A stretch of 64,000 bases of DNA from Octopus bimaculoides (Eukaryota), in NCBI RefSeq assembly GCF_001194135.2, contig NC_068987.1:14223735-14287734 (forward strand), written 5' to 3'. This document shows positions 12,992-27,100 of the stretch, piece after piece (the stretch's first letter is position 1; every line of letters begins with the position of its first letter). The position numbers and the translations under genes were made by a program. The notes under the pieces are model-generated. The model had not been told where the DNA came from. It ran no database searches and saw only the letters and a list, made by a program, of their open reading frames with translations.

Positions 12992-14434
12992 GTAATTAGT
13001 CTGCTGGAAACAGACAGTCGAGCTGCTGAGTCAAACACGATTTTTATATTGTTCTACCTTGGGTCAATTAACACTTTATAGTATTAATAATTCTTTGACG
13101 TTTTTTTGTTTTGTTTCCAGTGAGACTTACAATATTGTTTTCGTCTTTTTTATGTCAAATCATAAGGGTGTTTTTTTTATTAAATTAATTTAGAATTTAT
13201 TTGAATCGAACTTTTTATTTTATTTTTTTTTTTTTGTATTAGCAAACCTTTTTATTGGTTTCAATCTGCGGCTGTGCTACATGATTTAATGGTATTTTTA
13301 CAATTTTTGTTTAATTTTCAGTTTAAACTACGGTTAGGAATTTTAATTGGGGATTTCAAAAAATTTATTCATTTAGTTTATTTCAGTGTTTTCAATTTAG
13401 AAATGAAGATCCTATTGCTAAAAGTATGCCAGTCACATAGATTCTTGTGTGGCTCAGATAACTTTTGATGGCTGCTCATGATCCATTAGAAACGTTGAAA
13501 TATTTCATTAACTACAGTTTACCCTCATTAGAATATGAATGAAGTGATACAAAAAAGTAGTGCTTGAGATCTCTTCAGTTCCTACAATGCTGGGAAAATA
13601 TAAGATGGTTAGGTACAGTTAGCGTAGTTCAATTAATGCTGTTCAATTCAGAGATAGGCACATATTTGTTCTTGAAGGTGGAGATGGGGTTGGCTTTTGC
13701 TTGAAATTATCAAATCAATACCCATGTTCTGTTTTTATATATAAACTGAAATTCGAGAGTGAATTTTAAATGAAACTGAAATTCTATTTTTAAAAAAATA
13801 TTAATTTTGAATACCATCAAGGAAAAGGTGTTTTTTTTTTTTTTTTTCCAATTTTTATTTAGGCAAGAAATTCAATTCCAGATTCACCCTCATTTCTAAT
13901 TTTGGCTTATGAGAACATCATGATCATTATTGGTTTTTACTATGAAAGCATCTATGGGTTGGCTATGTTTCCAATACAGTAATTTCCTATACATCTCAAC
14001 TTTTTAAGAATTACATCACCAATGTGCAATTCATGTATTTAAGTAGAATTTATGTTTAAGCTCTATGTTTACAATTTTAAAATAATTCTGAAATAGAGTG
14101 TTTAGCATAGACTTTAGTATTTTGACATAACTTGTGGATTACATTAGCTCTTAAGATTACTTGTTTACTAAACCTTGAAATTTAACATTTTATTTCATAT
14201 AAATCGAAAACTGATATGAAATAAAATAAACATGTGATTATGAGACTGTCAAAATTTTCTTTTCCCTGTAAGTATTAGAAATTGTGATCAAATTCCTATT
14301 TGAATTTTGCCAAATACACTCTCAAAATAGAAATAGTTTGTATAATGTTTATTTTTGTAATTACATACATCACAACACACTTTTATGATCTTCTTCACTC
14401 AATTTCGGTCACCATATGTGTGTGTGTGTATGTG

Positions 14435-14501
<67 letters not shown>

Positions 14502-14601
14502 TTATACAAATATATATACGTACATATATATAGATATACATACATATATTTATACATATATATACATACATACACACATATATATATATATATATATACA
14601 T

Positions 14602-14644
<43 letters not shown>

Positions 14645-15446
14645 NNNNNNNNNNNNNNNNNNNNNNNNNNNNNNNNNNNNNNNNNNNNNNNNNNNNNNNN
14701 NNNNNNNNNNNNNNNNNNNNNNNNNNNNNNNNNNNNNNNNNNNNNNNNNNNNNNNNNNNNNNNNNNNNNNNNNNNNNNNNNNNNNNNNNNNNNNNNNNNN
14801 NNNNNNNNNNNNNNNNNNNNNNNNNNNNNNNNNNNNNNNNNNNNNNNNNNNNNNNNNNNNNNNNNNNNNNNNNNNNNNNNNNNNNNNNNNNNNNNNNNNN
14901 NNNNNNNNNNNNNNNNNNNNNNNNNNNNNNNNNNNNNNNNNNNNNNNNNNNNNNNNNNNNNNNNNNNNNNNNNNNNNNNNNNNNNNNNNNNNNNNNNNNN
15001 NNNNNNNNNNNNNNNNNNNNNNNNNNNNNNNNNNNNNNNNNNNNNNNNNNNNNNNNNNNNNNNNNNNNNNNNNNNNNNNNNNNNNNNNNNNNNNNNNNNN
15101 NNNNNNNNNNNNNNNNNNNNNNNNNNNNNNNNNNNNNNNNNNNNNNNNNNNNNNNNNNNNNNNNNNNNNNNNNNNNNNNNNNNNNNNNNNNNNNNNNNNN
15201 NNNNNNNNNNNNNNNNNNNNNNNNNNNNNNNNNNNNNNNNNNNNNNNNNNNNNNNNNNNNNNNNNNNNNNNNNNNNNNNNNNNNNNNNNNNNNNNNNNNN
15301 NNNNNNNNNNNNNNNNNNNNNNNNNNNNNNNNNNNNNNNNNNNNNNNNNNNNNNNNNNNNNNNNNNNNNNNNNNNNNNNNNNNNNNNNNNNNNNNNNNNN
15401 NNNNNNNNNNNNNNNNNNNNNNNNNNNNNNNNNNNNNNNNNNNNNC
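14645..15446. other. assembly gap in a (TA)/(CA) microsatellite; other gaps at 16970-16979, ~55956-56154 and ~62754-63199
   Basis: runs of N. Confidence 0.99.
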
Positions 15447-15471
15447 ATATATAATATTATAATATATATAT

Positions 15472-15504
<33 letters not shown>

Positions 15505-16273
15505 CACTTTTTGCTAAAACTGCAGACTTAATACTATATTTTGTAAAATGTTTGATTTAAAAACAATCAATATATTTCTATGTATAGATTTCTATGAAAT
15601 ATATGAAAATAAAACATGTCTTAGTTATGTTTGAGTCCTGTTATAATTCTTCATTATGTGTCTTGTCTTTTAAGATACTTGTAATATGCAAAAATGTATT
15701 AGGTACAGAAATTAGACCAGAGAGAAAAAAATTCCAGAGTAACTATGTAGTGAAGAAGTTCACTTTGTAACCATGTGGATCTTTGCAATCATACAACATT
15801 TACCCAGAGTGGCTACTTCATAGCACTTTGAGTACGTCCTCCACCATAGCTTTGGGTTGATTCCTTGTGAATAGAATTTGGTTGATCGAAACTGTGTGGA
15901 AGCCTGTTGTGTGTGAGCTAAGGGAGAAATGAGATTGGAAAGAGTGAGGAAAAGAGAGAAAGTGTTCTTATCACTTTGGTTGTAGCTAAGAATAAGGGAT
16001 TGAAATCATTTCTAAATAATTTGGATTCCATTTAGAACTAGCGAATATTTTAATGGAAACAAATTTTGCTCAAGATGTTTCAATCTGGTAAATGGAAACT
16101 AAGCCTGTTGTGTGCATGTGTGCATATGAGGGATTGGTAAGAGCTGGTAGTAAACCAGAATGAGTCGAGACATTCTGTAGAGAAAGGATGCTACATGTTT
16201 GAGAAAGAGGTGGATTAAACATGCCAAGCTGAAAGTTGCTTTATGTAAAGATGTCATTCTAAACCTGTCTGAT

Positions 16274-16422
16274 AATGTGGGAATGTTTTACCATAGATAT
16301 CACATTGGTATGTTTCTCACCTGAGTGAATAGCTTTATGGCTTGTTAATTTATTACACTGTGGGAATCTTTTACCACAGATATCACATGGGTATGGTCTT
16401 TCACCTGTGTAAATCCATTTGA
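16274..16422 (-). pseudogene. C2H2 zinc-finger relic (about two fingers)
   Basis: close DNA match to 18050-18190 of the intact minus-strand ZNF (e.g. gaatagctttatggcttgttaatttatta). Confidence 0.8.
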
Positions 16423-17648
16423 TATGAAGAGCATAACCTATGGATATATCGTTTTGAAAACAGGTTTTAATATTTAATATATGCTGTTTTTTTCCCCAAT
16501 AAAGTTTTATTATTTAGGGGTTTTTATCACATATATGAAGTTCTGATAAACATTTTATCATCTTTGTAAGTTTTACAATTAAATGCCTTGGTATAGTCTA
16601 TGACTCCCTCTAATCAGACCATCTTTTTTAAAAAAAAGGGAAAGGATACATTGAGTAGTATAGTCCTTGACACCCTGAAAAGATGGGATGGTTATGGTTG
16701 GAATGTCTTTGATCATAGCTCTGTCCAATTAGAGTTGTCTCGGAGGCTAAACAACAACAAAAACAACTAGATGTACTAAGAGATAAACTAATAACCTGGT
16801 TCTTGTTTGGTCGAAGAGCTGCACGATGAGTTCTAAATTTGTGAGTGTGGTCAAGGCTAGCCAGTGGATTTGGTTAAAAAGAGACGATGAGCGATGGCTA
16901 GAGAAATATTGAGCTTTGTTTTTAATAACCAGTTGATCTAGCAAGCGGGGCCGTCGAGAGGTAGGCCCCNNNNNNNNNNTAATAACCAGTTGATCTAGCA
17001 AGCGGGGCCGTCGAGAGGTAGGCCCCGAAACAGCGCGCATTCTCTCCTGATGACCCCATACACTTGCTGGCTTCCGGTATGCAGAGTTCTCGACTGGTAG
17101 CACTTGCATGTGCGAGTTGTTTGCAAGACATCTGGTCAAAGTAGCAAAGTTCAAAGCTACCTTAGTATTCAGAAATTTAGAGGGATCAAATATTATCAAC
17201 AGGGGCATACACGAAAAGGATTGCTTTCAAATAGGCTTTGCTACACAAGTGATAGAAACTGTGTGCAATTAGTCATTGTAATAATAGCTCAATAGTTAAG
17301 AAAAAGTAAGGAAACATTTGTGGACAACAGAGGACTTTTTGAGAAAACTAATTGCATGAAATAGGTATAAGTATGATGTTGCATTGGAACATGAATGTGG
17401 AAAGTGTGCTGAGGCTGGAAAAGAAACTGAAGATGGTGTATTGAATGTATAAAACTTACATACAATATTAAGTGCAATTGAGCTTATGATGGGGAGGGTG
17501 AGATGATGATGTTGATGTAGCCAATCAGAGGAATCGTACATTACTTTATAAAGTATTTTATTATTACAATTTAAACTTTGTTCTGAAATTAACATTTTGT
17601 GTAGGAAAAATTCTATTGGCACTTTAAAATGCTGTCTTATGTGAGATA

Positions 17649-18341
17649 TCAGTTGTATGCTTCCTCACATATGCGAGTACGTTGATGCAGAGTTAAGTTG
17701 CTCTTGTGTGAGAATGCTTTGCCACAAATATCACAGTGATATGGTTTCTCACCTGTATGAATACGTATGTGTCTGATCAATTGATCTTTCCGGGAGAATG
17801 TCTTACCACAAACATCACAGCGATATGGTTTCTCACCTGTATGGATACGCTTGTGGCTAATCAATAATTCCTTTCGAGCAAATGATTTATCACAGATATC
17901 ACAATGATATGGTTTCTCACCTGTGTGAATACGTATGTGGAGAGTTAAATGTTCCTTCCGAGAGAATGACTTATCACAGATATCACAGTGATATGGTTTC
18001 TCACCTGTATGAACACGTTTGTGAAGCGCTAGGTATTCTTTCCGAGAGAATGATTTACTGCAAATATCACAGTCATGTTTCTCACCTGAATGAATAGCTT
18101 TATGGCTTGTTAATTTATTACGCTGTGGGAATGTTTTACCACAGATATCACACTGATATGGTCTTTCACCTGTGTGAATCCGTTTGTGATTAGTCAAAAG
18201 TCCATTCTGAGAGAATGCTTTAAAACAGATGTCACAGGTGTATGGTTTTTGTCGTATTTTTCTTTGTGTCAAATGAGATACAATTTTACTATTGGGTTGT
18301 GTTTCATCATGAACCTGACTCTCACACACTTTCTCCTCCAT
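17649..18341 (-). CDS. C2H2 zinc-finger protein, 230 aa, 7 fingers (last one CCHC-type)
   Basis: intact ATG ORF, HTGEKPY linkers; 5' UTR intron acceptor at 18499-18500 (minus); AATAAA at 17557-17562 (minus). Confidence 0.95.
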   Translation of the reverse strand: MEEKVCESQVHDETQPNSKIVSHLTQRKIRQKPYTCDICFKAFSQNGLLTNHKRIHTGERPYQCDICGKTFPQRNKLTSHKAIHSGEKHDCDICSKSFSRKEYLALHKRVHTGEKPYHCDICDKSFSRKEHLTLHIRIHTGEKPYHCDICDKSFARKELLISHKRIHTGEKPYRCDVCGKTFSRKDQLIRHIRIHTGEKPYHCDICGKAFSHKSNLTLHQRTRICEEAYN

Positions 18342-19307
18342 AGTGTCAATTTAGTGCTCATTAAATACAAATATAATTCATTTCGTTATGTTTTCTAATG
18401 GTGATGTAACCGACTACATAACATAATATCATTCTTCAGTCTTTCATATTTTTTCATTCCTTCCTTCCTTCCTTGATGTATCACTGGTGAGACATTCCCT
18501 GCAATGATAAGACAGTATAAAATATAAGAGACAATAAAATATTTATTTCAAATTTTGGCACAAGGCCAGCAGTTTCAGGACAGGAGTAAGTTGATTACAA
18601 GACCCCAGTGATGAACTGGTACTTATTTTATTGACCCCAAAAAAGAGTAAAGTTGACATCAGTAGAATTTGAACTCAGAACATAAAGATGAACGAAAAGC
18701 TGCCAAGCATTTTGCCTAGCATGCTAATGATTCTGCCGGCTTGCTGCCTTAGCAATAACAACATTGATTTCAAATTTTGGCACAAGGCCAGCAGTTTCAG
18801 AGTAGGGGTTAGTCGATTACATTGAACTTAGTACTCAATTGGTGCTTATTTCATTGACCCTGTAAGGATGAAAGGTAAAGATGACAGTGGAATTTGAACT
18901 AAGGACATAAAGATGGATGAAATGCTGCTAAGCATTTTGCCTAGCATGCTAACAATTCTGCCAGCCTGTTGCCTTAGCAATAATAATAATAATATTGATT
19001 TTAAATTTTGGCACCTTAATCTAAGCATATAATAATGATTATGATGATATTATTATATGCCTAGATTATTATCTTCTACAGAGTAGGGGTAGATGTTCTC
19101 AAGAAACAATTTGACCTCCTGCTGTCCAAGATCCCAGATAAACCTACACCACAGCAAGAAAATCTAAAGGGAGTATCAATATTGAACTTGCTCCTCTACC
19201 AAAAGCCAATCACAAAAGAAAGGCTATTGAAAATGTGATAACACTGGCGGTGTCCCAGCACAGCCACAGCCTTTGGGCTGAAACGCATGAAATATATACA
19301 CACACAC

Positions 19308-19339
<32 letters not shown>

Positions 19340-21220
19340 TCAGATTTACCTGAAAAACTGCGTGTATGTAGAGTAACTGTATCGAGAAGTGGTTGGTTCT
19401 ATACACAAGCCCTGACTCTAATCCCAATGTTGAAAGTATAAATGATGCTAAGGGCCAAACGATTTTACTTTAATACACGTTAATAATACAGTTAAATCGC
19501 AATAAAAGTTCCATTGATACTATCATCAAATAATTCTGCAGTAGCATTCATTGCCCGGAGGTTTTGTTTCAGGCATGTAAACAATCATGAAAATGAAGAG
19601 AGGACATCTGAAGGATAGAGGTTATAACGGGTTGTAGAAAGAGTCTTTGACACTTATTCACGAAATATAGATACTTAACAATAAAGAGAAAAAGAATATG
19701 TGTTCGTTTAAAGAGCAATCTGTTAGAATCATAACAACATCGGAAAATTCATTACGATGTTTATTCCCGCTATTCATTGACGTTCGAAGTTTAAATCCCG
19801 TAGTTAACAAAATATAAGCATTTTTTGTCAAGGCGGCATCTCAGCAAAGCTGCAGTCCAACGAATGTAACAAGTAAAAAATAGAAGGTGGAAATATATTG
19901 AGTGAACTTAAGAATAGCGATTTTATTTTTTTTGTTAGGTAACTCAAGTTTATCTCTAACACGAAACAATCCAGGAATTATTTCCAATCAACAGAAACTT
20001 CTTTGAAATTGTATACCTAATTTTACAAGGCTAGCAATTTTAGGGGAGGAGGTAAGTTGATTACACCAACCCCAGTGTTCAACTGGTCCTTATTTTATTG
20101 ACCCCTGCCTGAAAGGATGAAATGTGAAGCATTTTGCTAAGCATGCTCATGAAATGATTTTCATGGATCTCCTTAAGACTCAACTAAAAACAAAACAGAC
20201 AGCAGACATATTTTCAAATGTCAACTTACCGTCTTATTGTATTTTATTCGTTATAATTACAATCATAACATACTAAACATGATTTTAGATTCATACATCT
20301 TTAAGTCGACGAAAAGAGAAGACGATAATTCCAGCCGTATTTTTATTATTAGTTATCTTTCGTTCTTAAGTCTTTAGTGTCAGGAGGTAATCAATTGAAT
20401 TCAGTGAGCACTAAAAAGCTGATCGGAAAGATATAACGAAACGAAGAAAGCACCAAAATAATTAAATATTCAATCGAATATGAATTATTTTGGCAAGCTC
20501 ATGATACAACTCATTACTTTATTTTCTAAGTATGCTAAATTTTTATGTCTACTCATCTGCAATACTGCTGCATTATCATTTTACTATAATAAATTTTCAT
20601 CTCGAAGTAGTTTCCCCTGTCTTTTGTTGCTCAAAACCAATCGTTCAGGTGATTTTTCAAAATTTCGTGGCTCACTACATCGCGTCTTTTGCCTTTTCTT
20701 CCAACCACTTGAAGATTTTAAAATTCTTCATAGAATGCTTTCAAATTTTCCACACTGATGTAGTTTTGCATGCTCATGACGAATATAATACACATTTTTT
20801 TTTTTCGAGAAGTTAATAATTAACAAGACAGAAGCATTTAAAGTTATACATTTTTAGCCAATGAAATGGGCCCAATGTCACAAGGAATCGATGGTTGCTG
20901 CCATAGTTGCCATGGGAACAGACTGGCTGAATATGCAGACAATTTCGTTAATTTCATAAACATTCCATTACATTGACAAGAGAATGGAGAAAACTGAAAA
21001 GATGTTTTTTTTAAAATAATTTAATAAAAGCAACCCCCCCCCCCAAAAAAAAACAGGGATGGGTCTTTTAAAGAGAATTTAATGAAAGAAAGCAAAACAA
21101 AAAGTTTTTTTTTTTAAAGAATGTAATTTCAAGAAAACAATGATTAAATATTTTCGACCTGCCTCTAGAAATAACAGACATACATATGTATGTATTTATG
21201 TACTCCTGCATGCATATATA

Positions 21221-21300
21221 GAGACCTATCTTTCGGTTTTAATCTGGAAACTTAAAGGCAAAGGGACCAATTTCGACATCAAGTGGAAAATCCTCTCAAA
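21221..21300 (+). mobile_element. possible Penelope-like GIY-YIG endonuclease C-terminal fragment
   Basis: ETYLSVLIWKLKGKGTNFDIKWKILSK resembles the T.LS..IW.LK.....I.W.IL segment of Penelope-like elements; starts at a (TA) tract. Confidence 0.45.
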
Positions 21301-21801
21301 ACCCTGTGAGGCAATGTCTTACCACAAATACCATAGCGACAAGGCTTTTCACCTGAATAAATACATTTATGTAGTGTCAAATGCTCTTTGCGAGAAAATG
21401 TTTTACTACAAAGTTCATGGTGGTGTGGATTCTCACCTGTGTGAACACTTTTATGGATTGTTAATTTACTACATTGAGAGAATGTAGCATCACAGTGATA
21501 TGGTTTCTCACCTGTAAGAATACGTATATGATGAATTAAATACTTTCTGGGAGAATGATTTACTGCAGATATCACACCAGTTGTGTCTCACCTGTGCAAA
21601 TGTTTTCCCACAAATATCACAAAAGTATCGTCTCTTACCTGTGGGAACACATCTGTGATAATTTAAAAGTCCATTCTGTGAGAATGCTTTAAGAGCAGTT
21701 GTCACAGGTGTATGATTTCTTGTTTGTACCTATGTTAGATAAATCTTTAAATATCAGGTTGTGTTTCTCCATTGACCTGACACACATACTTTCTCTGCTA
21801 T
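21300..21801 (-). pseudogene. pseudogene paralog of the 17649-18341 ZNF
   Basis: start ATG>ATA (ATA GCA GAG AAA GTA TGT vs ATG GAG GAG AAA GTG TGT); KAFSQNGLL and [10 protein letters not shown] fingers retained; frameshifts and lost Cys/His. Confidence 0.88.
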
Positions 21802-23504
21802 AAAATCAATTAGTGTTCAATACATTCAAACATTGTTCCTTCCTTTAAATTAATTACTGTTGATGCACTCACCTATGAAACACAAAAGAAAATATGGTTA
21901 CCATACTCTACTATTGCCCATCATGTCACAAGTTCAAAACTTGCTTCTGATTTTACACTATTATTTCTGATAATAAACTGCAAAACAAAAATTGAAAATA
22001 TCTGTAGACATGTTTCAGCTACAAAGAAATTATTTTTCAAGTTCAATTAAGAATTGCACATTCTTAAATTTTGTAGTCAGAAATGAGTCACCAAAATTTA
22101 TGCTATTTGCTCCAATTAAAATCTAGATATGACACAAGTCAATTTTCAAGATTTTATTTATTTATTTTTTTTCTGTTAGGTAACTCAAGTTTATCTCTAA
22201 CACAAAACAATCCAGGAATTATTTCCAATCAACAGAAACTTCTTTGAAATTGTATATCTAATTTTACCTATCAACTTAATAATAGTTTCAAATTTTGCTA
22301 CAATTTCAGGGGAGGAGGTAAGTTGATTACACCAACCCCTGTGTTCAACTGGTCCTTATTTTATTGACCCCCTGCCTGAAAGGATGAAATGTTGCAAAGC
22401 ATTTTGCTTAGTGTGCTCACAACCCTATATGTCTTCGTGGTGTTATGTCATTCTTCAGACTTTCATTCCTTCATGATCATCAATCCATATTTCAGGCCAA
22501 GCAAACTTCATTCTATTTTGTCTTGGTACTGTAATTTCTCTACATATACTGCAGAATCACAAGAAATACTACCTTATGGAATTACTTTCCCCACACCCAA
22601 CATGACTGATGGAATCATTTGTACAAATTGCACTTTTTTCTTTCCATGTCATTACAATTTTTCGTATAAGGTTGCAACGTTTGATTAAACATGGATTTTT
22701 TACCATAACAGATTTACATATTTTTGGAAGTAGCTTAATAGTGAAAGAATTTCATGTATCTGAGACTTGATTGAAAAAGTGCATGCCCAAGTGGAAATAA
22801 ATTTTTATACTCCATCCAGATTGGGTACAGTAGTTGTTAGAATAGAGTTTGCTAAATCCCCCCCCCCCCCCCAGAAATTTGCTTCTTCTGTACTTTTACA
22901 ACCATCCATGAAATATGTCTAGCCATTGGGAAAGATTGCATTGCTTGAAAAATAACTGAAGGTTGCCGACAGGAAGAGCATCCAGCTGTGGAAAAAAAAT
23001 CTGTCTCAACAAATTCCATGTGAACCATGCAGTCATAGAAAAGTGGACGTTAAAACGATGTTGATGACTACAGTATGTATCTTCACCGCTTATCATTCAC
23101 AGTGAGAACATCGTATATGAAACCTGTTATTCATAAATAGTGCTGTTACTTTTGACTTTTGCGTTATATGTATTCTCATCACAAGATACTTGTCAACCCA
23201 AAGCTATAATGGAAAGACATTTTTCTAAGTCGTTATGTCATGAAAATCGAATATGACTTCACATGGCTTCGACATAAACTTCTTAACTACACAACCATGC
23301 CTACACCTCTCAAATAATGGTATCCCTTACTATACAGACAATCATTAACGTCATCATTATTTGCCCACTCCTGTCTGTTCATTAAAGCAATTACTTTTTA
23401 TTGCATTCTGCACAGGATCTTTCGTTTTGTTTTTACAGTCACCTGCTTTTGTAATGAAATTAATTTATTAGTCTCATACATTCCACATATTTCCATCGGC
23501 TGAG

Positions 23505-23690
23505 TCAGTTACGAAAGCATGGCTGCTCGTTTTGTCGATTAGTTGTAATGTATCACTTAGTTTGTTCTTTATTATCTTGATTAGCCTTTACAAAGATTTT
23601 TCTTAATGTCTTGTCTCTCTTAATTTTCCCGTATTTCTGCATCTATCATATCTAATCACACCAAATAGCGAAGAAAAATATTAGAAAACA
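23505..23690 (+). promoter_or_regulatory. candidate initiator plus non-coding first exon of ZNF 28854
   Basis: TCAGTTACGAAAG start; conserved block ending CA/GTAAGTT donor; homologous to 37977 and 56224. Confidence 0.55.
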
Positions 23691-24141
23691 GTAAGTTATA
23701 TAAATACATCTCTACTCCTAACTAATTTTAGATTGATTGCTTTTTACATGTAAGGAAACTTTAAGATAATCTATGAAATTACTATTTGTATCAATTTATC
23801 TTGAAGATCCTTGCAAAGATAATTTTCAGGCAAATTCTTCTAATGACACAGTGTTCTTTCATAAGTTTTGTTTTAATTTCTTTTTTATACTCTTGTTTCA
23901 TTGCATTTTTGTTTTGAAACAAAAATCATACATTATCACTGTTTAAAAGATGTAAATTATTTTTTAATTTGTTATTCTTGTAATATTTTTCTTTCATAAA
24001 GTTTCAAAATATCGGTCATTTATTTGACCGCATTCTGTTCCTTCATAAAGCGATACGTACGTCCTTGTTATAATGAATTAGGCAAAACCCTTTTATAATT
24101 CAAAAAATGGTGGTTGTCGTTAGTGCGCCGCTGTCGCATAC

Positions 24142-24174
<33 letters not shown>

Positions 24175-27100
24175 AATATATGTATGTATGTATATCACTT
24201 AGCGAATGTCATGTAGGAAAATATATTTAAAACTATTTCTTGCCTTTAACCATAACCATTATGATTAGAAATATTGCATATTTTCCAACTTTTTAACGTA
24301 TATATTTTTTTCTCGTTTGCTTCTGTGATTCTTAGTGAGGAATTATTTTCCCACTTAGCTGCAGAAATTTTTGTGGAACAAGGTGAACAAAAGAAAAAGG
24401 ACGAAAAAACAAAACAATAACAGAGTATCAGTTAGTAGGACAATGTCCAATGTATTTGATGTTAAATTTATTGTATTTTTATGTATTGTACATCAATGAT
24501 ATACTTAAGTTTTATTAATAGTTAATGTTCACAGTTTAAATTCTATAGCACTTGCCAGCTTTGTTAGGCACCAACTGGGCATTTCTATTATAACCGTGTA
24601 TGAGTAATTAAATGGTTTGGTGGCCGTAATTTTAGGGTGTTAAATAAGAAATCTGCAGTTGTTTTTTTGTTACTACAGCCAATGATAAAACATAAATATT
24701 TCAGTATTCACAACAGTGGTGGCAACATAAAAGAAATTTAATTTTCTCATTATCAGTATAATAAAAAGCATTGAAAAAAACCCCCTCTTGTTGATGGCTA
24801 TTAGTATATTTGTCGAGCGGAAGAATTTTTTTCTCTAGCGGGTTGTGCTACGGTCAGCTTATCTGGCTTAACGGGAAATTGCTTTTTTGGCGCTGTCGTC
24901 GAGTCATAATCCCTGTAAATACATCCTCGACGCGAATAAAAACAGAAAGGACAGTCTCGATCTTGTTCATTTTTGAATTTTTGGTACCATTTAAAATTCC
25001 AGAATATTTCCTATTTTCTTTCGATGTTCTTTTACCGGCCGGTAGAGAGAAGGAAATCTGGCGATCTTAGTTCGGTCGAAGGTTAAATAAGTTAAAATAA
25101 AATAGAAATATTCGAACGGAATTCTGGTTTAGGCGCCCCATATAACCCCGGTAGTTTTAGCAGTCGGAAATTAAATAGGAAATGAAATAGATTATATAAA
25201 AACTAATTATTGAATTTCTTTCAATGACTTTACTTTATTATATCATCCCATAAAGACCATCTATCTTGGTCGCCCAGTGCCGAAATTTTGTTGCCCTTGA
25301 CCTGAAAGCCCATTCAAACTTCCACTCAGAATGCGATACCACGGGTATTTTGTCATAATCAGATAACTCGAGCTTAATTCAGAATTCTCCCTTATGGAGA
25401 AGATACACAAGTCATGTACGCTAGATCAACAAGATGTGTTGTGTCATTTGCCGCGAGTGCGTAAGCGTAACGGAGCAGTTGAATCTTCTGAACTTTGGCT
25501 AAAGAAGTTTATGATTGAACCGAAGAATCCTGAGGCATAGTATTGGGATACATCATCTTGCATTTGTATTTCGGTTTCATGGAATGTTTAGTGCAAAAGA
25601 GGAAATACAACGGAGGGAGGGTGTTTCTAAGAGGTCAATGGCTCGCAGAAAATTGAGTGAGACTGTGATGTCACGGTCTCAGTCGATCACTGACATAACC
25701 CTAGATAAGTTGCTGCTCCATCGATATTTTTGGCATTGAAATGTGTGAGCTGTGATACAAAACTAAAGATTCAATGAACTTTTGGGGAATTTATCAGTTT
25801 TAACGTCAATAATTTCCCTAAATATTGTTCTTAACAGTGATTTGATATACAGACTTCCGTCAAGCAGAATCGGTCAAAGTTATGGTCTTCAGCATTATAC
25901 AATTACAGTTAGGTCTTCGTTGATTTTGTCACTGGATCCCTCTGAAATTTATCTCCCTTAACAAATTTGGATAATTTATGTTAATTTATTTAATTTCAAA
26001 TTAATGTATATGTACAAAATTCGTATCTACTGAAGCTAGAAAAAATGAAAATCTGAAACAACTGCACTTTGTGACTCAGTTGTTCATACACACAAACAAA
26101 CAAAATTAAAATTACGAGTGTCATTTTAGCAAGCTGATCTTAAAACAATTGATATGTTGCAATAACTGGGGAACACTATCCTCTATATTCAACCGTCTTT
26201 TTAAAAGATGAAGTTGGAAGTAGGGTTGGGTGCTATTTCTAGTGTATTTGTTTTCAGGTTCAGTCCCACTGCATGGCACCTTTGGGTCAAGTGTCTTCTT
26301 TAACCTTGGGCTGGCCATAACTTTGTGAATGGATTTGGTAGATGAAACCGAATGAAGCCTATTGTGTCAAAATAAAGACGTGCACTCCCTCTCCTGGGAA
26401 CAATTTCCTTTCAACATCCATCTCATTCATATTTTCCTTGCATTGATCACTCCTGTGCTTGCCCGTTATATCTCCCCGTCTCCTCAAACTCATGTCCCCT
26501 TTACTCCCAATCTACCTTTCTTTAGTCTTGCAGGCTGCAAGGTGACTTCATTAGTGCTGGTGCCATGAAAAAATGCCCAGTACATTCTGTAAAGTGATTG
26601 ATGTTAAGGACATCCATCTGTAGAAACCTAGTCAAAGCAGGCATTTGAGCATAATGCAGTCCTCTGGCTCATTGGATCCTGTTAAATAGTCCAATCCATG
26701 CCAACATAGAAAATGCAAATATGATGGTGGTTGTGTTTGTGTAAAATGGTCTTTCAGTTCTTGTTTTTCAGATTCACTCTCAAGGCTTTGGTTAGCTTGG
26801 TGCTATAGTAGAAAGCAATTGTACAAAGTCCCACAGTATGGGGCTGAACCTGAGACCATTTGGTCAGGATTAGAAAGTGAACTTAACCACATAAGTACGC
26901 CTGTGTCTACATTGTTTTTCATTTTGCTGCTATAACTCAATTATTTCTATGTGAAGACTGACAGAAAATCAGCTTCTGGTAAAAGAGAGAAGCAGAGCAT
27001 AGAACTGTGAATGCTAACAACTCCAGCCACAAATGAAATAAAGTTTTGTCTTGATCCTTCACAAATGCAACAGATTTTCGGTGTTTTCATGCATATGGAT

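Noticed and set aside
14385-15560. Long ORFs (309-391 aa), and similar ones at 55743-56206 and 62719-63236
   Set aside because: They consist of (TA)/(CA) microsatellite and N-gap translation
16920-17029. 50-bp direct repeat as a biological repeat or CRISPR-like unit
   Set aside because: It flanks a 10-N gap, typical of contig overlap; no spacer array or cas genes, and the DNA is eukaryotic
25230-25740. CpG-richer block with short ORFs (24810-25070, 25515-25739)
   Set aside because: No recognisable domain; may be UTR, promoter or TE sequence, cannot be assigned
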